Counted from the stretch's first letter, positions 38,047-51,800 are shown. The stretch: 64,000 bases of DNA from Stegostoma tigrinum (GCF_030684315.1 NC_081373.1:40463989-40527988), one strand, 5' to 3'. Translations and numbers: made by a program. Notes: generated by a model from the sequence alone, not told the origin.

Positions 38047-40635
38047 AGAGACTCAAAGAGGGGCTTCATGGTTCTCCAACCCATGTCATCCTTTTTGAAG
38101 CTCCTCAATGTTTTCTGGGGGGTCAAGTTCCACATTCAGCTTGCACATTCCCTTGACAGTCCGCTGGCCATCCTGTAGGTGACATTCATTCAGCAGAAGG
38201 CAGTGGTCAAAGAAGAACACAGGCTTGATGTTAATAGGTTTGACTGAGAAAGTGCGGGACACAAGCAGGAAATCTATCCTTGAGCGGACAGACCCCGCGA
38301 CCAGGCGTATCCGTGCTGCATTCCATCTGCAGGGGTGCTGAAGACATTATGCAGCTTAGTGACTATAGCCATGTCCATCAGGATTCAGTGTCCGGTTTGC
38401 AGTCAGCTCCTCCGGATCATCCATCTGCATCAACGATATGGTTGAAGTCTCTGGCCAGAATGAACGGCCTGGACATCACCAGCAGCAGGTGGGAGCTGCT
38501 GTTGGGTGGCCACCAGCTCATTCTTTACCACTGGGGCAGTCACGTTAATTGGTATGGGGGGGGCTGCTTCTGTACATAATGTCTGCTATGAGGAGATGCC
38601 CACCCACCACCTCCTTAACTTCGGAGATGCTGAAGTTGCTTCCTCGCCGAAGAATACCCAGGCCAGAGAATCAGCTATTGTTTCCTCCTGACCAAATTGA
38701 AAGCCCATAGGGCCATAAGCTCAACTGTTTCTTGTAGCTGCTGAGATACGGAATCCCACACTCCTGCACAAACAGAGATCTGCTAAGACTTTGGCCAGGT
38801 AAGTCAATGTGGAAACACATCGCACAGTAGACTTAACATAACCCACATTAATACTAGCAATTTTAGAGCCCATTTTGAGGGTTTATAAGATTGCCCTTAG
38901 ACCCAATGTCCATTCACCCATGTTCTTGTCACTCATTGGGGGTCTCCCTGCATTCCTGTGGTGTGTGCTCCCCCAGGGGGCTCTGCCCTGATCCGGTGTC
39001 ATTGGAGTGGGAACAAAGCCAGGAAATTTTGGTTCGTAGTCCAACAGATGGGAATTCATGCTCTGCTCCTCATTCAGTGTATCAATGCCCCTGCTTGCCC
39101 AGAGGAGGGCTATCCCTTGGTTCCCAATGGCTGGAGGTTAGGTTTCACTGGGCCTCTCGGGACGTCCAGTGTTTCCAGGTTGGCGGCGGGACGGTTGTGC
39201 TCCCCTCCTTCTCCCTCATGGTGCTGTGCTTCTTTTGTTGCTGGTGGCCATTCCTCTGTGCATCTTCATCATCAGAGAAGCTGCTGGTTTATCCACCATG
39301 CATCTTGCATCTTTCTATTTTGCTGCGCAACCTGGGGTGGGAGTGGGGGGGAGGGGTGTGCGACGCATTTTCCTTTTCCAGTTGTTCCCATCGGTATTCA
39401 ATCCCCTGCCTCCTCCATTGACTCCATTGTCTGTTCAGATGGAGGCTGGGTTGGTTTTGGTGCTCCTCATTTCAGTTTTGTTGCCGAAGTGTGACCCCTG
39501 AATGCCTTCTAGGGATCCACAGCCCGTGTTGCCACTTCAGGCCATCTGTGTGTATGTGGCACCATCCCTACCCCGCACACTCCACCACTCCCATCTTGGA
39601 CAGGCCTTGTACAATTGGCTTGCTTCTCCACACAGACTGCAGCCCTTGGATTCTGAGCAGTCCTCAGTCAGATGCGCTCCTCTTTGCAGTTCCTGCAGAG
39701 GGTCAATTTGCAGTCAGCTGCCATGTGCCCTGACCTCCAGCAGGTTGGGCACACTCTCAGCTGCCCTGAGTATGTCAGGTAGCCTCTGCTCCCTCTGAGC
39801 GCAAAGCTGGAGGGCGGGTGGAGGTTGTTTGCACCAGTGTACACCTTCAGGGTCACCCTGACCTGCCTCTTGCTGGTCCAGGTTCCAAACAGATCCACTA
39901 CATCTGTGCTGCTTCCTTCAAGCTGTACATACCTTCACAGGAAGGTCAGGACCACCGTTGCCTAGATGAGAGGGTTGTACTTATGAATTATAACAACTCA
40001 GCTCCTCTGTGTAGGGACAACGAACAATGTTACTACAGACAGGGAGACCTCACCTCTTTTCTCCTCCAATACCTTCAGTGGACACTCACATTGCTTCACA
40101 TTCTGAAGGCCACGTCGAAGTAGCCCACACTGGGGAAATCCTGTGGGCAGAAAGTATCGTGGAAACTGTAGGAGGACTCTCGTCATGAAGAAGGTCCAGT
40201 TGACCGGCAATCCTTGCTCCACCTTCTTCAATCACCCTGTCTGTATTGCAGACCCCCTGGCCTGGGAAATGGGCACTAGCAGAGGCCATAGCTCTGGTTG
40301 GCTGGTTACTGAATTAGCATTAGGCCTAAGCCAATATAAAGATCCATGACAAGTAGCTCTACTCAACCAACAATCTTCCCAGTTCTACTCACAATCACAA
40401 CCCAGCAATGATCTAAGATCTTCTGATGATGAAGGTTCTCAGCTCACACCTGTCCTGGAAGAACCACCTTCTGGATTCTGGTCTTTCCCCTGCCAGATAC
40501 GTAGCTCTCACCTTCACTTCACACTGTAGGAACTACTTGACTTTGTCCCACAGTGTGGTTCAGATAAGCCACTTCTACTTTGACAAACTCACTCTTGGTC
40601 AGATTTATAGCAAAATTTATTTTTTGTAGCCAATC

Positions 40636-40945
40636 AAATGGGGTCATGGGTTCAAATTCTTCATGGCAAATGGTGAGGTTTGAATTCAAGAAAAGTCTGC
40701 ACTTAAAAGCTTGTCAAAATGGTGATCATGAAACAATTGGTGATTGTCATAAAAGATTAATTGGTTCACTTGTGTCCTTTAGGAAGGGAATCTGCCACCC
40801 TTACCTAGTCTGGCCTATGTGTGATTCTAGATCCACGGTCATATGGTTGTGTCGAATAGCTCTAGAAAACCAGTCAGATCAAGAGACAATAAGGGATGGG
40901 TAATAAATACTGGCACAGCTAATGATACTCACATCCCATGAAAAA
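40636..40945 (+). mobile_element. tRNA-derived SINE (same family as 29665) with LINE-derived tail
   Basis: B-box GGTTCAAATTC, conserved body, tail GGGATGGGTAATAAATACTGGC...CACATCCCATG. Confidence 0.8.
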
Positions 40946-41669
40946 ATTTGAAACCATTTCACATTCTGATACATTGGTTTAGAAGAATTCTGTGATAGCC
41001 TTTATAGGTCACTGTGATAGTTTTCTGGAAGACACAACATGATGCTATCTAAGTACTTCCGTGTTTCCTAATTTGATTGTTGGAGGATCAACTTGTGAAC
41101 TTTCAATTTCTGATTCATGCTCCATTTGTTTTAATGCTTCTATTTTTCTCCCTAATTCTTCCGTTACCCTAAGCTGACTTTTCTGCTTTCCATTGCTCCT
41201 GTCATAATATTTTTTTCAACATGTTAACATGTCACAATCATTGTTACTCTCTCTTGTCTGGAGTACTCACTACATAATTCACATCGCCGAGTTTCTTTTT
41301 GATTTGATAAGTTCCAGTGAATGTTGCATTTAGTAGATCCCCAGAGACAGGAACAGCACTAACACCTTGTCTCCTGCAATACACTTCAAATTTTGGCCTT
41401 GTTACCTGTTCTAATTTTCTTTGTTTTTTAAACATACTTCAAATAATTTTCATGCAACTCACATCCCTCTGGTTAGTTTCTCCTCCAACATAGTTTGGAA
41501 ACAGTTTCTGAGTTTTGATTTATCAGTTACTCCTTAATAAATTTAAGTTGTAATCTAACATATCCAGATATTGGTTCAGAAGAACTAAATGTCATTTGGA
41601 GCACCCCTACTGGTAATCCAAAACCAGATGTCAGCGTATTGGCACACTGATCAGCATTTGCTGAATCGT

Positions 41670-41823
41670 GGAGAAGCTGTGCAGCTTAGAGGAAGCATTG
41701 GTCATGGGGTATATGAAGTAAGCAGGAATATGGGACTGTGATAGATGATCATCCACGATCATATTGAATGGCAGAGCAGGCTCAATATCAAATGGCTTAC
41801 TGCTATTCCTATGTTTCTATGTC
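41670..41823 (+). mobile_element. CR1 3'-end fragment
   Basis: GATCATATTGAATGGCAGAGCAGGCTC...AATGGCTTACT...TATGTTTCTATGT tail. Confidence 0.75.
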
Positions 41824-41824
41824 T

Positions 41825-43450
41825 AGCAATAGCCTGAAATAGTCACACTCACAGAATCATAGTTTACTACGTCTCAGACAACACCATCACCATCACCATC
41901 ACTGGGTATGTCCAGGCAACTGATTCAGTTCAGCGATTTACAGCCAGGAGAAAGTTGCCCTACTGTCCTCAACATTGATTCCTGACCATACAAAGTCTCA
42001 TGATACCAGGTTCAATATGGATAAGGAAGCCCTCCAGATGTGGATGAACCAGCCTGCACCTCTTCAGCTGATGAATCTGCACTCTATGTTGAGCATCATT
42101 TGGAGGAAACACTGAGGGTGGCATGGGTGCAGAATGTAATTTGGCTAGGGTATTTCAATTTCCACCAAGAACGTCTTCAAAGCGTCATTACTGTTTGAGT
42201 TGATTGAGTGCTAAAGGACAAACTGCTAGACTGGATCTGTGGCAGGTTGGGAGCAAACCAACAAGATTGAGAAACATACATGATCTCATCCTCATGGAGA
42301 TCCCCACCTACTCTCACCTTTACTGGCTCCACACCCACCTCTTTGATCTGTCTATCTCCTCTTCACCTACCTGCTCCTTTATCCACCTTCCATCTGCCTC
42401 TTCATCTCTCTATTTATTTCAGAATCCCCTTTTCCTCCCCCATTTCGGAAGAAGGGTCCAGACCCATAACGTCAGCTTTCCTGCTTCTCTGATGCTGGTT
42501 AGCCTGCTGTGTTCATCCAGCTATACACCTTCGTATCTCATCCTCATGGATCTGCCTACCTGTAGGTGCATCAGTATCAGTAGTCCCATATTCACATTAA
42601 GATAACCCTTCACCTTCTTGTGTGGCACTATCACAGTGCTAAATGGGATAATAATTGAACAGATCTCGCATTGCAAGACTGGAATTCAGGAGGTACTATG
42701 GGCCATCAGCAGCAGTAGAATTGTACTCTTGCACAATTTGCAATCTCATATCTTCCACTCTTCCATTGCCATCAAGCCAGGGGATCAACCCTGGTTCAAT
42801 GAAGAGCATAAGATGACAGGCCAACAGCAGCATCAAAACATAGTAACGAGGTGTCAACCTGGTGATACTACCCAAACAGGACCACCTGCATGCCAACAGG
42901 ATAAGCAGTAAATGACACACTGAGCTAAGTGATTCCATTATCAACAGATTAGATCTGAGCTCTTCACTCCTGCCGTATCCAGTCATGAATGGTGGTGGGC
43001 AATTACATAAATCATTGGAGGGTGAGACTCCACAAATATTCCCATCCTCAATGATGGATCAGACCAACACATCAGTGCAAAAGATAAGGCAAACACATTC
43101 ACAACAATATTCTGCCAAAAGTTTCAAGTGAATGGTCTACCTTTACCTCGTCCAGTGGTCCCTAGCATCATTGATGCCAGTCTACAGCCAACTGTAGAAC
43201 TAGTTGCACCCACGCCAAGGTTGTTCCAGTCCACCTAAAGCGCTGGCATCTACCTGACAATGTCAGAACTTTCCCAGGTGTATCCTGTGCACAAAATGCA
43301 AGACGAATCCAATCTGCCCCTATCAGTCTACTCTTGATAATCAATAAAGTGGTGGAAGGTGTCATCACTAGTGCTGTTGAGCAGTACCTGCTCAGCAATA
43401 AACTACTCACTGACACCCAATTTGATTTGAGATGGGATAGGATGTTCACT
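41825..43450 (+). mobile_element. CR1-like LINE (second lineage): APE and RT N-terminal part, degraded
   Basis: IVTLTES...TITI.GYV (APE), IKPGDQPWFNEE, PISLLLIINKVVEGVI..YLLSNKLLTDTQF; same lineage as 30515-32130. Confidence 0.82.
42299..42534 (+). mobile_element. PLE family-1 3' fragment (older), inserted in the LINE
   Basis: Decayed hammerhead-like GGAAGAAGGGTCCAGACCCATAACGTC; 16-bp TSD ATCTCATCCTCATGGA (42283-42298 / 42535-42550). Confidence 0.85.
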
Positions 43451-45459
43451 GATGACTAAGTGAGCCTACGATACCAAACCCTTGAATTCCTAGAGGTGCA
43501 GAATGCCTTTGCAAATAATAAGGGTCAGCACCTGAACTGGGTTGAACACATCAAAATTCAAAAATAACTGATATACTCTAACTGTCTCTGGCAAAACTAC
43601 ATTACTAACAATCCAGCTAATGGCATAGCATAGCACAATGAAGCCTTACAGGCTGAAACTGAAAAGCTTTCAGAATATGTTCAAAAATTTTACACTCAGG
43701 CAACTGGTGCTTTAGCAAAGTGACATAACAACGAGATATATAGATGAAGGAAAATAGCTTTTATGCTGCAAAAATACTCAGAACTTCAACACTGTGGTGA
43801 AACATTAGCTGAAGAAAACGGTTTACTATAGCAAATAGAAATGCTGGAGAGATGGAAAGAGAACAAGGATCTTCATTCCCTTGTTAATGACAAAGATCAC
43901 CTGCAGAATGAGGTAGATTTTCAAGTAAATTTGATCAGCATACTACACAAGAATTTCTTATGCTGATCCAGAGATTTATTCTGTTGTCCATTATGGGGTG
44001 GTCCTTTTTGCCCATGATATTGCCCACTTTTCAGAGGGCTCACACTTCAGCAAGTGGCACAGCGATACCATTACCTACAGAAAGAGGAATTTCTACCCTA
44101 GACATAGCAGAGTAGGCTTAATTTCCCCTCCTGTAGCATTGTCTTCAAAAAACTCCTCATCCTTACTTCATCATTACATTCAACCTTAGATCCGTGAGCA
44201 AAGCAGACAGAAAGCAACACAAGAATTGTCTTCCTTTACAAACCAGTGTTCATTTGAATCCTGGGGTTTCCTCCTCTGAAATAGTTTTAAGAGAATCATC
44301 TTTATTGATTCCACATTCAAGTCTTCATGGTTATCTCAACCCAAAAGTCACACATTATCAGGAGCTGCTCTACTAATGAACTCATCCTCCAAACACAACA
44401 CGAGAGAACACAAGTCCTGTACGTCACTAAGAGTCTAGTGCTATTACAGGTTAGTTCCTCAAGCAAAAGAGATTTTTTTGGGATGGTGGGGGGCAGAATG
44501 TAGATTAGAAGTATTATATCTGATCATTAAATGTTTCTGGCAAAAAGAGCTACTTTAAAAGAACCAGTACAGTGAGTCAGACAGACAACAGATGGCTAAC
44601 AGTCATTGTCAGTGCTGTGGAGCAAAGAAACTTCACAGGTACAAGCAATGCTCAGCATCTAAAAAAAACATGCTTTATCTGCAAATAGGTGATGTTCAGA
44701 AACAGTTTTGAAGTGGGACATCGTTGTAGAATAACAAGCAGGTAAGCAGCTTCTCACAAAAGAGTAGTTCATGAAGTAGGAGAGCCAATAATAGAACAGG
44801 TATGGCTGGGCAAATAGGTGATCTAGACTTGGCCTTTCGCAAGAAGATATTCATGTCAACAGCTTGTTCACTGATTTCAATCTTGAAATGTGAGTGAGCA
44901 GTAGTGCAGAGAGTTCATATATAACTGCGAGCAGCTGTTTGGATCACTCTTTCAACACCTTACAATGAAATTCAACCACCATAATTCTGCATGGAGATTA
45001 CAAGTATTCTGACTGTTGGACATGAATGAACCAGCAATACCAGGACTACCAGCATGTATGGAACTCAAGATTGGTATTTTGATGATTTTGTCAATAGGAG
45101 CAATCACAGCAGAAGAGGACAAGCACACTCACATTGTCCTAAGCCCCTCTGGTTCAATTAGATTTGATGCCATAGGAAACTTCAAAGGTGATTTCAGAGA
45201 AGATACAATTCTGTCAGTTGACCCTCCCAGAAAGTGCAGTACTCACGTACAAAAGAAGTTTACAGCTGAGTTGGATGATACTGAATGTAATGGTGCTACT
45301 TGCATGCACATCAACACATATTTAATGTACTATTACATGCATGCTAAAGAAAAATGGACCTGACATCTGAAGCTTTCTCTAAAGAGGCACCTAAACAAAA
45401 TTCTAATGCTAAAAAAAAGGACCTAAATTATTTTCCAACTGGATATTTGTCCATTAGAC

Positions 45460-46022
45460 CATGACAGGTAGGAGCAGAATTAGGCCATTTGGCCCATTGA
45501 GTCTGCTCCACCATTCAATCATGGCTGATATGTTTCCCAATCCTAATTTCCTGTCTGCTCCCCATAACGCTTGACGTCCTTACTAATTAAGAGTCTATCC
45601 ATCTCTGTCTTAAATACACTCAATGACTGGCCTTCACAGCCTTCTGTGGCAATGAGTTACAGAGATTAACCACTGTCTGGTTGATGAAATTCCACCTCAA
45701 ATCATTTCTAAAGGGTTGTCTTTTCACTCTTAGGCTGTGCCCTGAGGTCCTATTCTCTTCTACTCATGGAAACATCTTCTCCATCCACTATATCTATGCT
45801 TCTCTGTATTCTGTGGGTTACAATGAGATACCCCCCTCATCTTTTTAAACTCCATCGAATACAGACCCAGGGTCCTCAACAGCTCCTCATATGACTAGTC
45901 CTTCATCCCTAGGAACATTCTTGTAAACTACCTCTGGATTTTGTCCAATGTCAAGCACATTGTTAGTTACAGGACCCAAAACCACTTACAATATTCCAAG
46001 TGTGCTCTGACCAGAGCCTTAC
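45460..46022 (-). mobile_element. CR1 3'-end fragment inserted in the Gypsy
   Basis: Homologous to 2820-3380 (LVRAHLEYCKWFW, CR1 3' UTR). Confidence 0.88.
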
Positions 46023-46929
46023 TACAACATACTTTGCAAGGAAATCTCGAGAAATAACGACTTTCAGAACACCATTGGTAGAATACTGCTTCCAAAAACT
46101 ACCGTTCAGTCTGTCAGTCAGGATTCTTTCCAGCAGCACATGGACACAGTTACAGAAAATATTCTTGGATATGTATGTGTGTATTACTGATGAATTATGG
46201 CCATAGGCAAACCAAACAGAAGCATGACCAGAACGTATGCTCACTGATGGCAGCCAATTGTCACAAAGGACTGATCTTCAACAGCAAGAAATGTCAGGTG
46301 AATGTAGGTTAGATCAACTTTTTCAACTTTATTTATTCATATTGTGGTATTTATTTTGACATGGGCAAAGTCAAAAATGTACAATGTGTCTACTCCCTAA
46401 GACTTAAAAAATCTGCAGGGATATCACCAAACTTTTAACTTCCTAGCATCACACAAACCAAAATTTTCCAACAAACCATAGTCATTGAGAGAGCTTTTAA
46501 ACAAAGATATCTAATATAAATGGCAGGAGGAACATCAACAAAGTTCAAATCACTCAAACAAGTGCGGACAGCAGATTATCGCATTCTATAGCACTATGAC
46601 AATCCTAGAAGTTGATGGCATCTCATAAAGGGCTAGGCATGAGCATGATGGAAGATTGCAAACCAACTACGTTTGGATTCAAAAGTCTATCCCAAGCACA
46701 ATCCAATTATTCTAAAGGAGAGTGTGAAAAAATTGCTCTGCTATTCACTACCATAGGCATGTAAAAATTCAAAGGAGACAGAATGGACATTTGGACATTG
46801 AAATGGAAGATGTGCTTGAGGTTGATTTGATGAATTTTAGTCAAATACAGTGAACTTCTGGAAGAAACAGCCATTACTGAAAGCACTATGGAAAGTTATC
46901 AAAAAAGAATACAACTGGCTTCTGATACT

Positions 46930-47078
46930 GTGATAACAAGTCATAGAAATTTCTGAAGAAGGGTCTAGGCCCAAAACGTCAGCTTTCCTGCTCCTCTGAT
47001 GCTGCTTGGCCTGCTGTGTTCATCCAGCTCTACACCTTGTTATCTCAGGTTCTCCAGCATCTGCAGTTCGTATTATCT
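46930..47078 (+). mobile_element. PLE family-1 mini-insertion (hammerhead variant CUGAAGA, GAAA mutated)
   Basis: 15-bp TSD CTGG(C/T)TTCTGATACT (46915-46929 / 47079-47093); vestigial 9-nt inverted arm GATAACAAG at the left end. Confidence 0.88.
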
Positions 47079-48610
47079 CTGGTTTCTGATACTTACACTT
47101 TAGCAATATAGAGATGAACTGGATATTTCAACAGGTGGAATTTTAATAGGAAAACAAGAGCTTGTAACTGAGGATTGTCACCAGGGCTTACTGTTAGTTT
47201 CATTGGGAACACTGGAGCATACAGCAAATGAGATGGCTGGCTGGGATACCATGTATTGGCCAGAGATCAACAATGACGCAAAGAGCACAGTGACTTTGTG
47301 TGAAGTGCACCAGACTCACTAACCACAACAATGCAAAGAACTTCGAAGCCCTTATGAGATTCCATCCATCCTTTGTCCAAAATCACATATTTATTCACTA
47401 CATGTGGCAATAATTTTCTCCATGTCACTGATTACTTTTCCAAATTTCCAATTGTCAGATAGTTAACAGACAGTTCAAGTGTATCCGTGACAAACAAGAA
47501 TGCAAAAATCAGTCCATTCAATACATCTGAAGAGCTCTTATCTTACAATGGGCCATAACATGCATGAAGACCTTTTAGAGATATGTGTGCCAACTGGGTC
47601 ATAAACTGTGTCAGCTTCACCACATTATCTCAGATATAATGTTCCCACTGAGCAAATAGTTTGCAATTTTGACTATGTACCACGAAGTACCGAGCCGAAA
47701 GAAAAATTTCATATTGCTATGCTACGGCCAAGGGCTATTCCTCTGGATACAGGCTTTCCATCAACAGCAGAAATTATGTTTGGAAGGAAAATTAGGATAA
47801 TCCAGCCAAGCCATCTCAAAAAAATGAGACAGATTGAAGATGGTGCAAAGCCAACATGAAGGGGCAGAACAGTCAGATCTATGTATAGGAGAAAAAGCCA
47901 GAGTCCTAACCAAGGAGCCTGATAACTGACAAAGCTACCCAAAGTGTGCAGTGAACCTAATTTGTATGAAATTGCACCACCTAATGGAACAATATTGAGA
48001 AGAAATAAAAGCCAACTCAGGGAACTGAATAAACATGTTGAGAACCATTATGACAAACATGCTCTAGCTATTCACAAGACAGCAACACTTGTGCAAGTCA
48101 AGAGCAATAAGGTGTAAAAATCTAGATCTCCAGAAGGTTAAAACATCACAAAAACTGGAAGGATTGTCAAGCCACCTACATGATATACAGACTCAAGCTT
48201 AATATCTTTCAGTTCCTGTTCTTGTACGATAATTTTTGCAACTACTGAATGTATATGTATGTTCAATCTTAGTGCATGTAATTTTATTTTGGGCAAGAAA
48301 GATGTTGTATCAGTTCTTCATGAGCCATGTTGCTTTAAGAGCAGATAACACGAATGAGCCAAGGATGCGAAATGATTAGAATGAAAAGGGCAACCATCAG
48401 CATACTAGAATAAGGATGTGGTCACAAAGTATTCTGTAATTGCAAGTTGTCAGTTTGTCTGTTAACTAAACCTGTTTGTGATATTCAAATAAAATAAATC
48501 TAAGCTACTTACCAATCCAACATGGGAGTGATAATTCTATGTTAAGGAACTCAACCTGAGAGGACAAAATATCTCACATTACTGCACTCTGCAAGGCTAA
48601 TTAAGACTAC

Positions 48611-48812
48611 AAGGTGTGGAGCTGGGTAAACACAGCTGGCCAAGCAGCATCAGAGGAGCAGGAAAGCTGACGTTTCAGGCCTAGGCCTGAAGGAGAGTCT
48701 AGGTCCGAAACGTCAGCTTTTCTGCTCCTCTGATGCTGGTTGGCCTACAGTGTTCATCCAGTTCTACACCTTGTTATCTAAGATTCTCCAGCATCTGCAG
48801 TTCCTACTATCT
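48611..48812. mobile_element. Palindromic PLE family-1 insertion
   Basis: Inverted arms around a decayed hammerhead centre, plus tail; 14-bp TSD CTAATTAAGACTAC (48597-48610 / 48813-48826). Confidence 0.9.
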
Positions 48813-51800
48813 CTAATTAAGACTACTTGGCTGGATAACTGCAATATGAGGGAGTGTGTACCACCACCTACCCCTATTCTGCCACTGGAAAAATAGCCTA
48901 GTGCTACTTGTTCACACTTGTCCACCTCCATAATCACCCAAAATGGACGCAAAAATTTAGTCCATGGGCATTATGTTATATTTTCCAAACTTTCAAGCAG
49001 TAGCCAAGGTCAAAAGGAAATTTTACATTATAAGAGTGGTCAAAGGATAATAATGTGTTTGAGAGCACATTATGAAAGGGATTAGTTTTTAAATGGTTAG
49101 GTTAATGATTAATACTCGGTTATAAACAAAACAATGTTATGGCATCGGTCACTGTGCATTAAAATTATAAGAATCTTAATTCTTGGTCTGATCAACAAAC
49201 TAAAAATTCTGCGATTAGGTAGGTTAATTTCTCATTGCAATTTGGAATAAATGGCCCAATTAGGAAATGCCCTGAGCAAAATAAATCTACTCATACAAAG
49301 AACTAATTTGCTTTTTTCTTCAATGCATAGGCTATTACTGAGAGTGTCACATGATTGTGCAAGAAAATTGAGAATTTACAATGACAATAAAGGTTTTCTA
49401 TTAAATGCTTCAAGATTTCATAATTTGATATTAATATAAAATGTACAATGGCAGGCACATTTTCCCAACTAATGTAAAATACAATGAATTCATCTGTACC
49501 TAGTTACAGCTTCATAATAAATCATAGATAATATATTATGTGCTATTCATAAGAGTACATGTCTCCCTGAAATGTCATTATTGCAGCATGTAATTTCACT
49601 GCCAAGTAATAGCATAAGCACTATCCATTAAATAAATGTCCTGAGGCACAAAATCCATGTACACGCATTACAAGAAAAGCTACAGATTATGTAATGAAAG
49701 CCTCAATTTTATTTATAAATATAGATATCTGATGTCTGTTAAACATCATAAATCACTTATTCTAAGGTTACAGAGTTGTTTCTCAATTGCACATTTTATC
49801 AGAAGTCAGGCATGTGACAAATTAAAAGTACTGTTGAAATTTAGTAACAAAGAAACTTAATGAAAAACATGAGAGAATTTAAGTAAATGGTCTGACATAC
49901 TAAGTGTACGATGATTATATCCTTAACATTGAAATAACTTCAAATTCAATGATAAAATTTCACTAGCTATATTGATTACATGAAAATTCATTGGAACCTG
50001 GTATTTGTAATTTAGTTTCTCTTTCTGTGTTAACCAGAGACAGTAGCATGATTTCTCCAGGTATGATAGATGCTAAAGAGTCTCTGAGGCGCCCAAATTG
50101 TGTGTGGAGCTGCAGGAAACAGTTTCATCAGAAGAAGTTTTTCAGAACTCAAAACATTAACTCTATCTTTCTCTCCAAAGATATTGCCAGATCTACTGAG
50201 TTTCTCAAGTATTGTCTCTGTTGGCATCTCTACCTTGCCCTGCTTTGCCACCTCATTCAATTCTTACATCCTCATTACTTCTGTCTTTCCATGCCTTTTA
50301 GTGCATACACAAAGTCAGTTAGCTTGTCATATTTACCAGCAGTTATCAGTCAAGGGGATGGACATATTGTTGTATGTCACTTTACAACATCAGTGTCACA
50401 CCTGTAACGTGCCAGCAGCTGAAATGGCAAACATGCTGCATGTGCATCACCCAAATGACCATGTCTTGAAGTCCGATGGAACCAGTCTTCAGGCAAATTA
50501 AAGGGGCACTGTCAGTCAGTGTGTCCATTACAGTCAGTCAAGGACTTTATTAGATCTCAATCAAGGCACTTGAAGACAGTCAGTTGACCACTTTGGGGGT
50601 CGAGGTCACGAGCTCCATATAATTACAGTCTGGGGACAGAGACACGGTCCGGTGCAACCAGCCTAGGAATTGTTGATAGATCCATGGGCATCTGCACAGG
50701 TATCAGTCAGCACACTGGTTGTTCATCAGCGGGGGCTGTCCTTCCAAGTCAGTCAGAGAGATAGGCCACAGTCAACCATGGAGATCCGTTCACTGCAAGT
50801 GAAAGAGGATTATCAGGGAAACTGCTGTGGCTGGCAAATTGGGAAAGTAAATTGTGGGATTTGGAGGCAGCAGACTAGAATGGAGAGGAGATAATAATCA
50901 TAGCAGGGGGCCAACTTAATGTGTGAGGGTGAGATATGATAGTGCACTGGAGGGCATGTAGGAATGTAGGTGGGAAGGTTATCAATGGTCAATACCACCC
51001 TGATTTTTTTGGAGAGATAGTGAATGGTGCATCACAATGGTTTGGCATATCTAAGATGTAGGGCAGGGGCTCAGAGGTAACATGGTACATGAAGAAGAAG
51101 AACATGGAGCAATTAAAAGTAATGGGATCAACAGGAAATGCAAAGAAAAAGGACTGTGAAGATTTGGTGTGTCACCCAGATGAACCTGAGCCTATGGTTC
51201 ACTGCGTGAAATGTGACTTGGTTGCCTTCCATTCTCATTCAAATTGCAAGTATTCAATGGAAATAAAAAATGGGGCTGCCACCACACACTGAGTAATCAG
51301 CATAAGCATTTTTTGTCTTTGTATGACAACATGGGCTTTAATTGTAAGCCACTCCAAGGGACAATTCTATTCACTAGGCTCTTACACAGTCCAGGAATCA
51401 AGTATCTGTAATCGTGGAATTCTGCAATGAAACACATACAACGACCAACTATGTAGGATACAAATCCTGGTCATAAGCAATCTTGACCATGTTACTGGAC
51501 AGAAAAAGAAGTTTGTCGTCATCTCTCTAAAGTATAAACAATTGCAGGTGACATTAGAAGTGTCGCCTGCAGGTCACAATTCACAAAGATAATCCACAAT
51601 CTCATAGGCTGCACTTTGGCATAGAGCTGACTGCCTGATACCTTGAACTGTAAGGATTTGGCAGCATAATCTTATATGTTCCTGGGTGATGTGGGTGGTA
51701 GGGAGGTTGAGAACAAGGTTTCAGTAAGTATACTGCAGTTGCATTCTCCTACTGTTCTTGATTGACATGGTTTTTGCTACGTCCATCAGAATGACGCCCA

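Larger units (their letters stand above)
35051..40533 (-). mobile_element. Tx1-clade (L1 superfamily) LINE, near full length, degraded
   Basis: ORF1 with zinc knuckles (CPTCWRSGHMAADC..CRNCKEE), APE (LFVQECG), RT (KAYDRISH, VRQGCPLSP, HMDD), C-terminal Cys/His region, AATAAA and A-rich tail at ~35051-35080; possible 6-bp TSD TACTTG (35045-35050 / 40534-40539). Confidence 0.9.
33488..41640 (-). mobile_element. Gmr1-type Gypsy LTR retrotransposon remnant (IN-RT-RH order) interrupted by Tx1 and a SINE
   Basis: In minus-strand order: integrase C-terminus (GTYQIKKKLGDVNYVVSTPDKR, HVNMLKKY-like; 41190-41600), RT end (FDWLQKINFAINLTKSEFVKVEVAYLNHTVGQSQV; 40534-40640), RT/RNase H (VLLQDNTMGIERPDNYFSKKLTRHQQKYSTI, IIHVPG, TLSRA; 34460-35050), then a probable 3' LTR at ~33488-34283. 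Confidence 0.8.
44950..48578 (+). mobile_element. Gypsy LTR retrotransposon remnant (RT-RH-IN order) with probable 3' LTR ~48303-48578
   Basis: FDAIGNFKG..DPPRKCSTHV..AELD (pre-RT), TTFRTPLVEYCFQKLPFSLSVSQD (RT), MYWPEINND..CEVH (IN zinc finger), DYFSKFP, SPHY, AIPLDTGFPSTAEIMFGRKIR, TKTGRIVKPP. May extend leftwards to ~43450. Confidence 0.82.

Noticed and set aside
38891-39798. Overlapping plus-strand ORFs of 98-178 aa
   Set aside because: Antisense to the GC-rich, low-complexity part of Tx1 ORF1.
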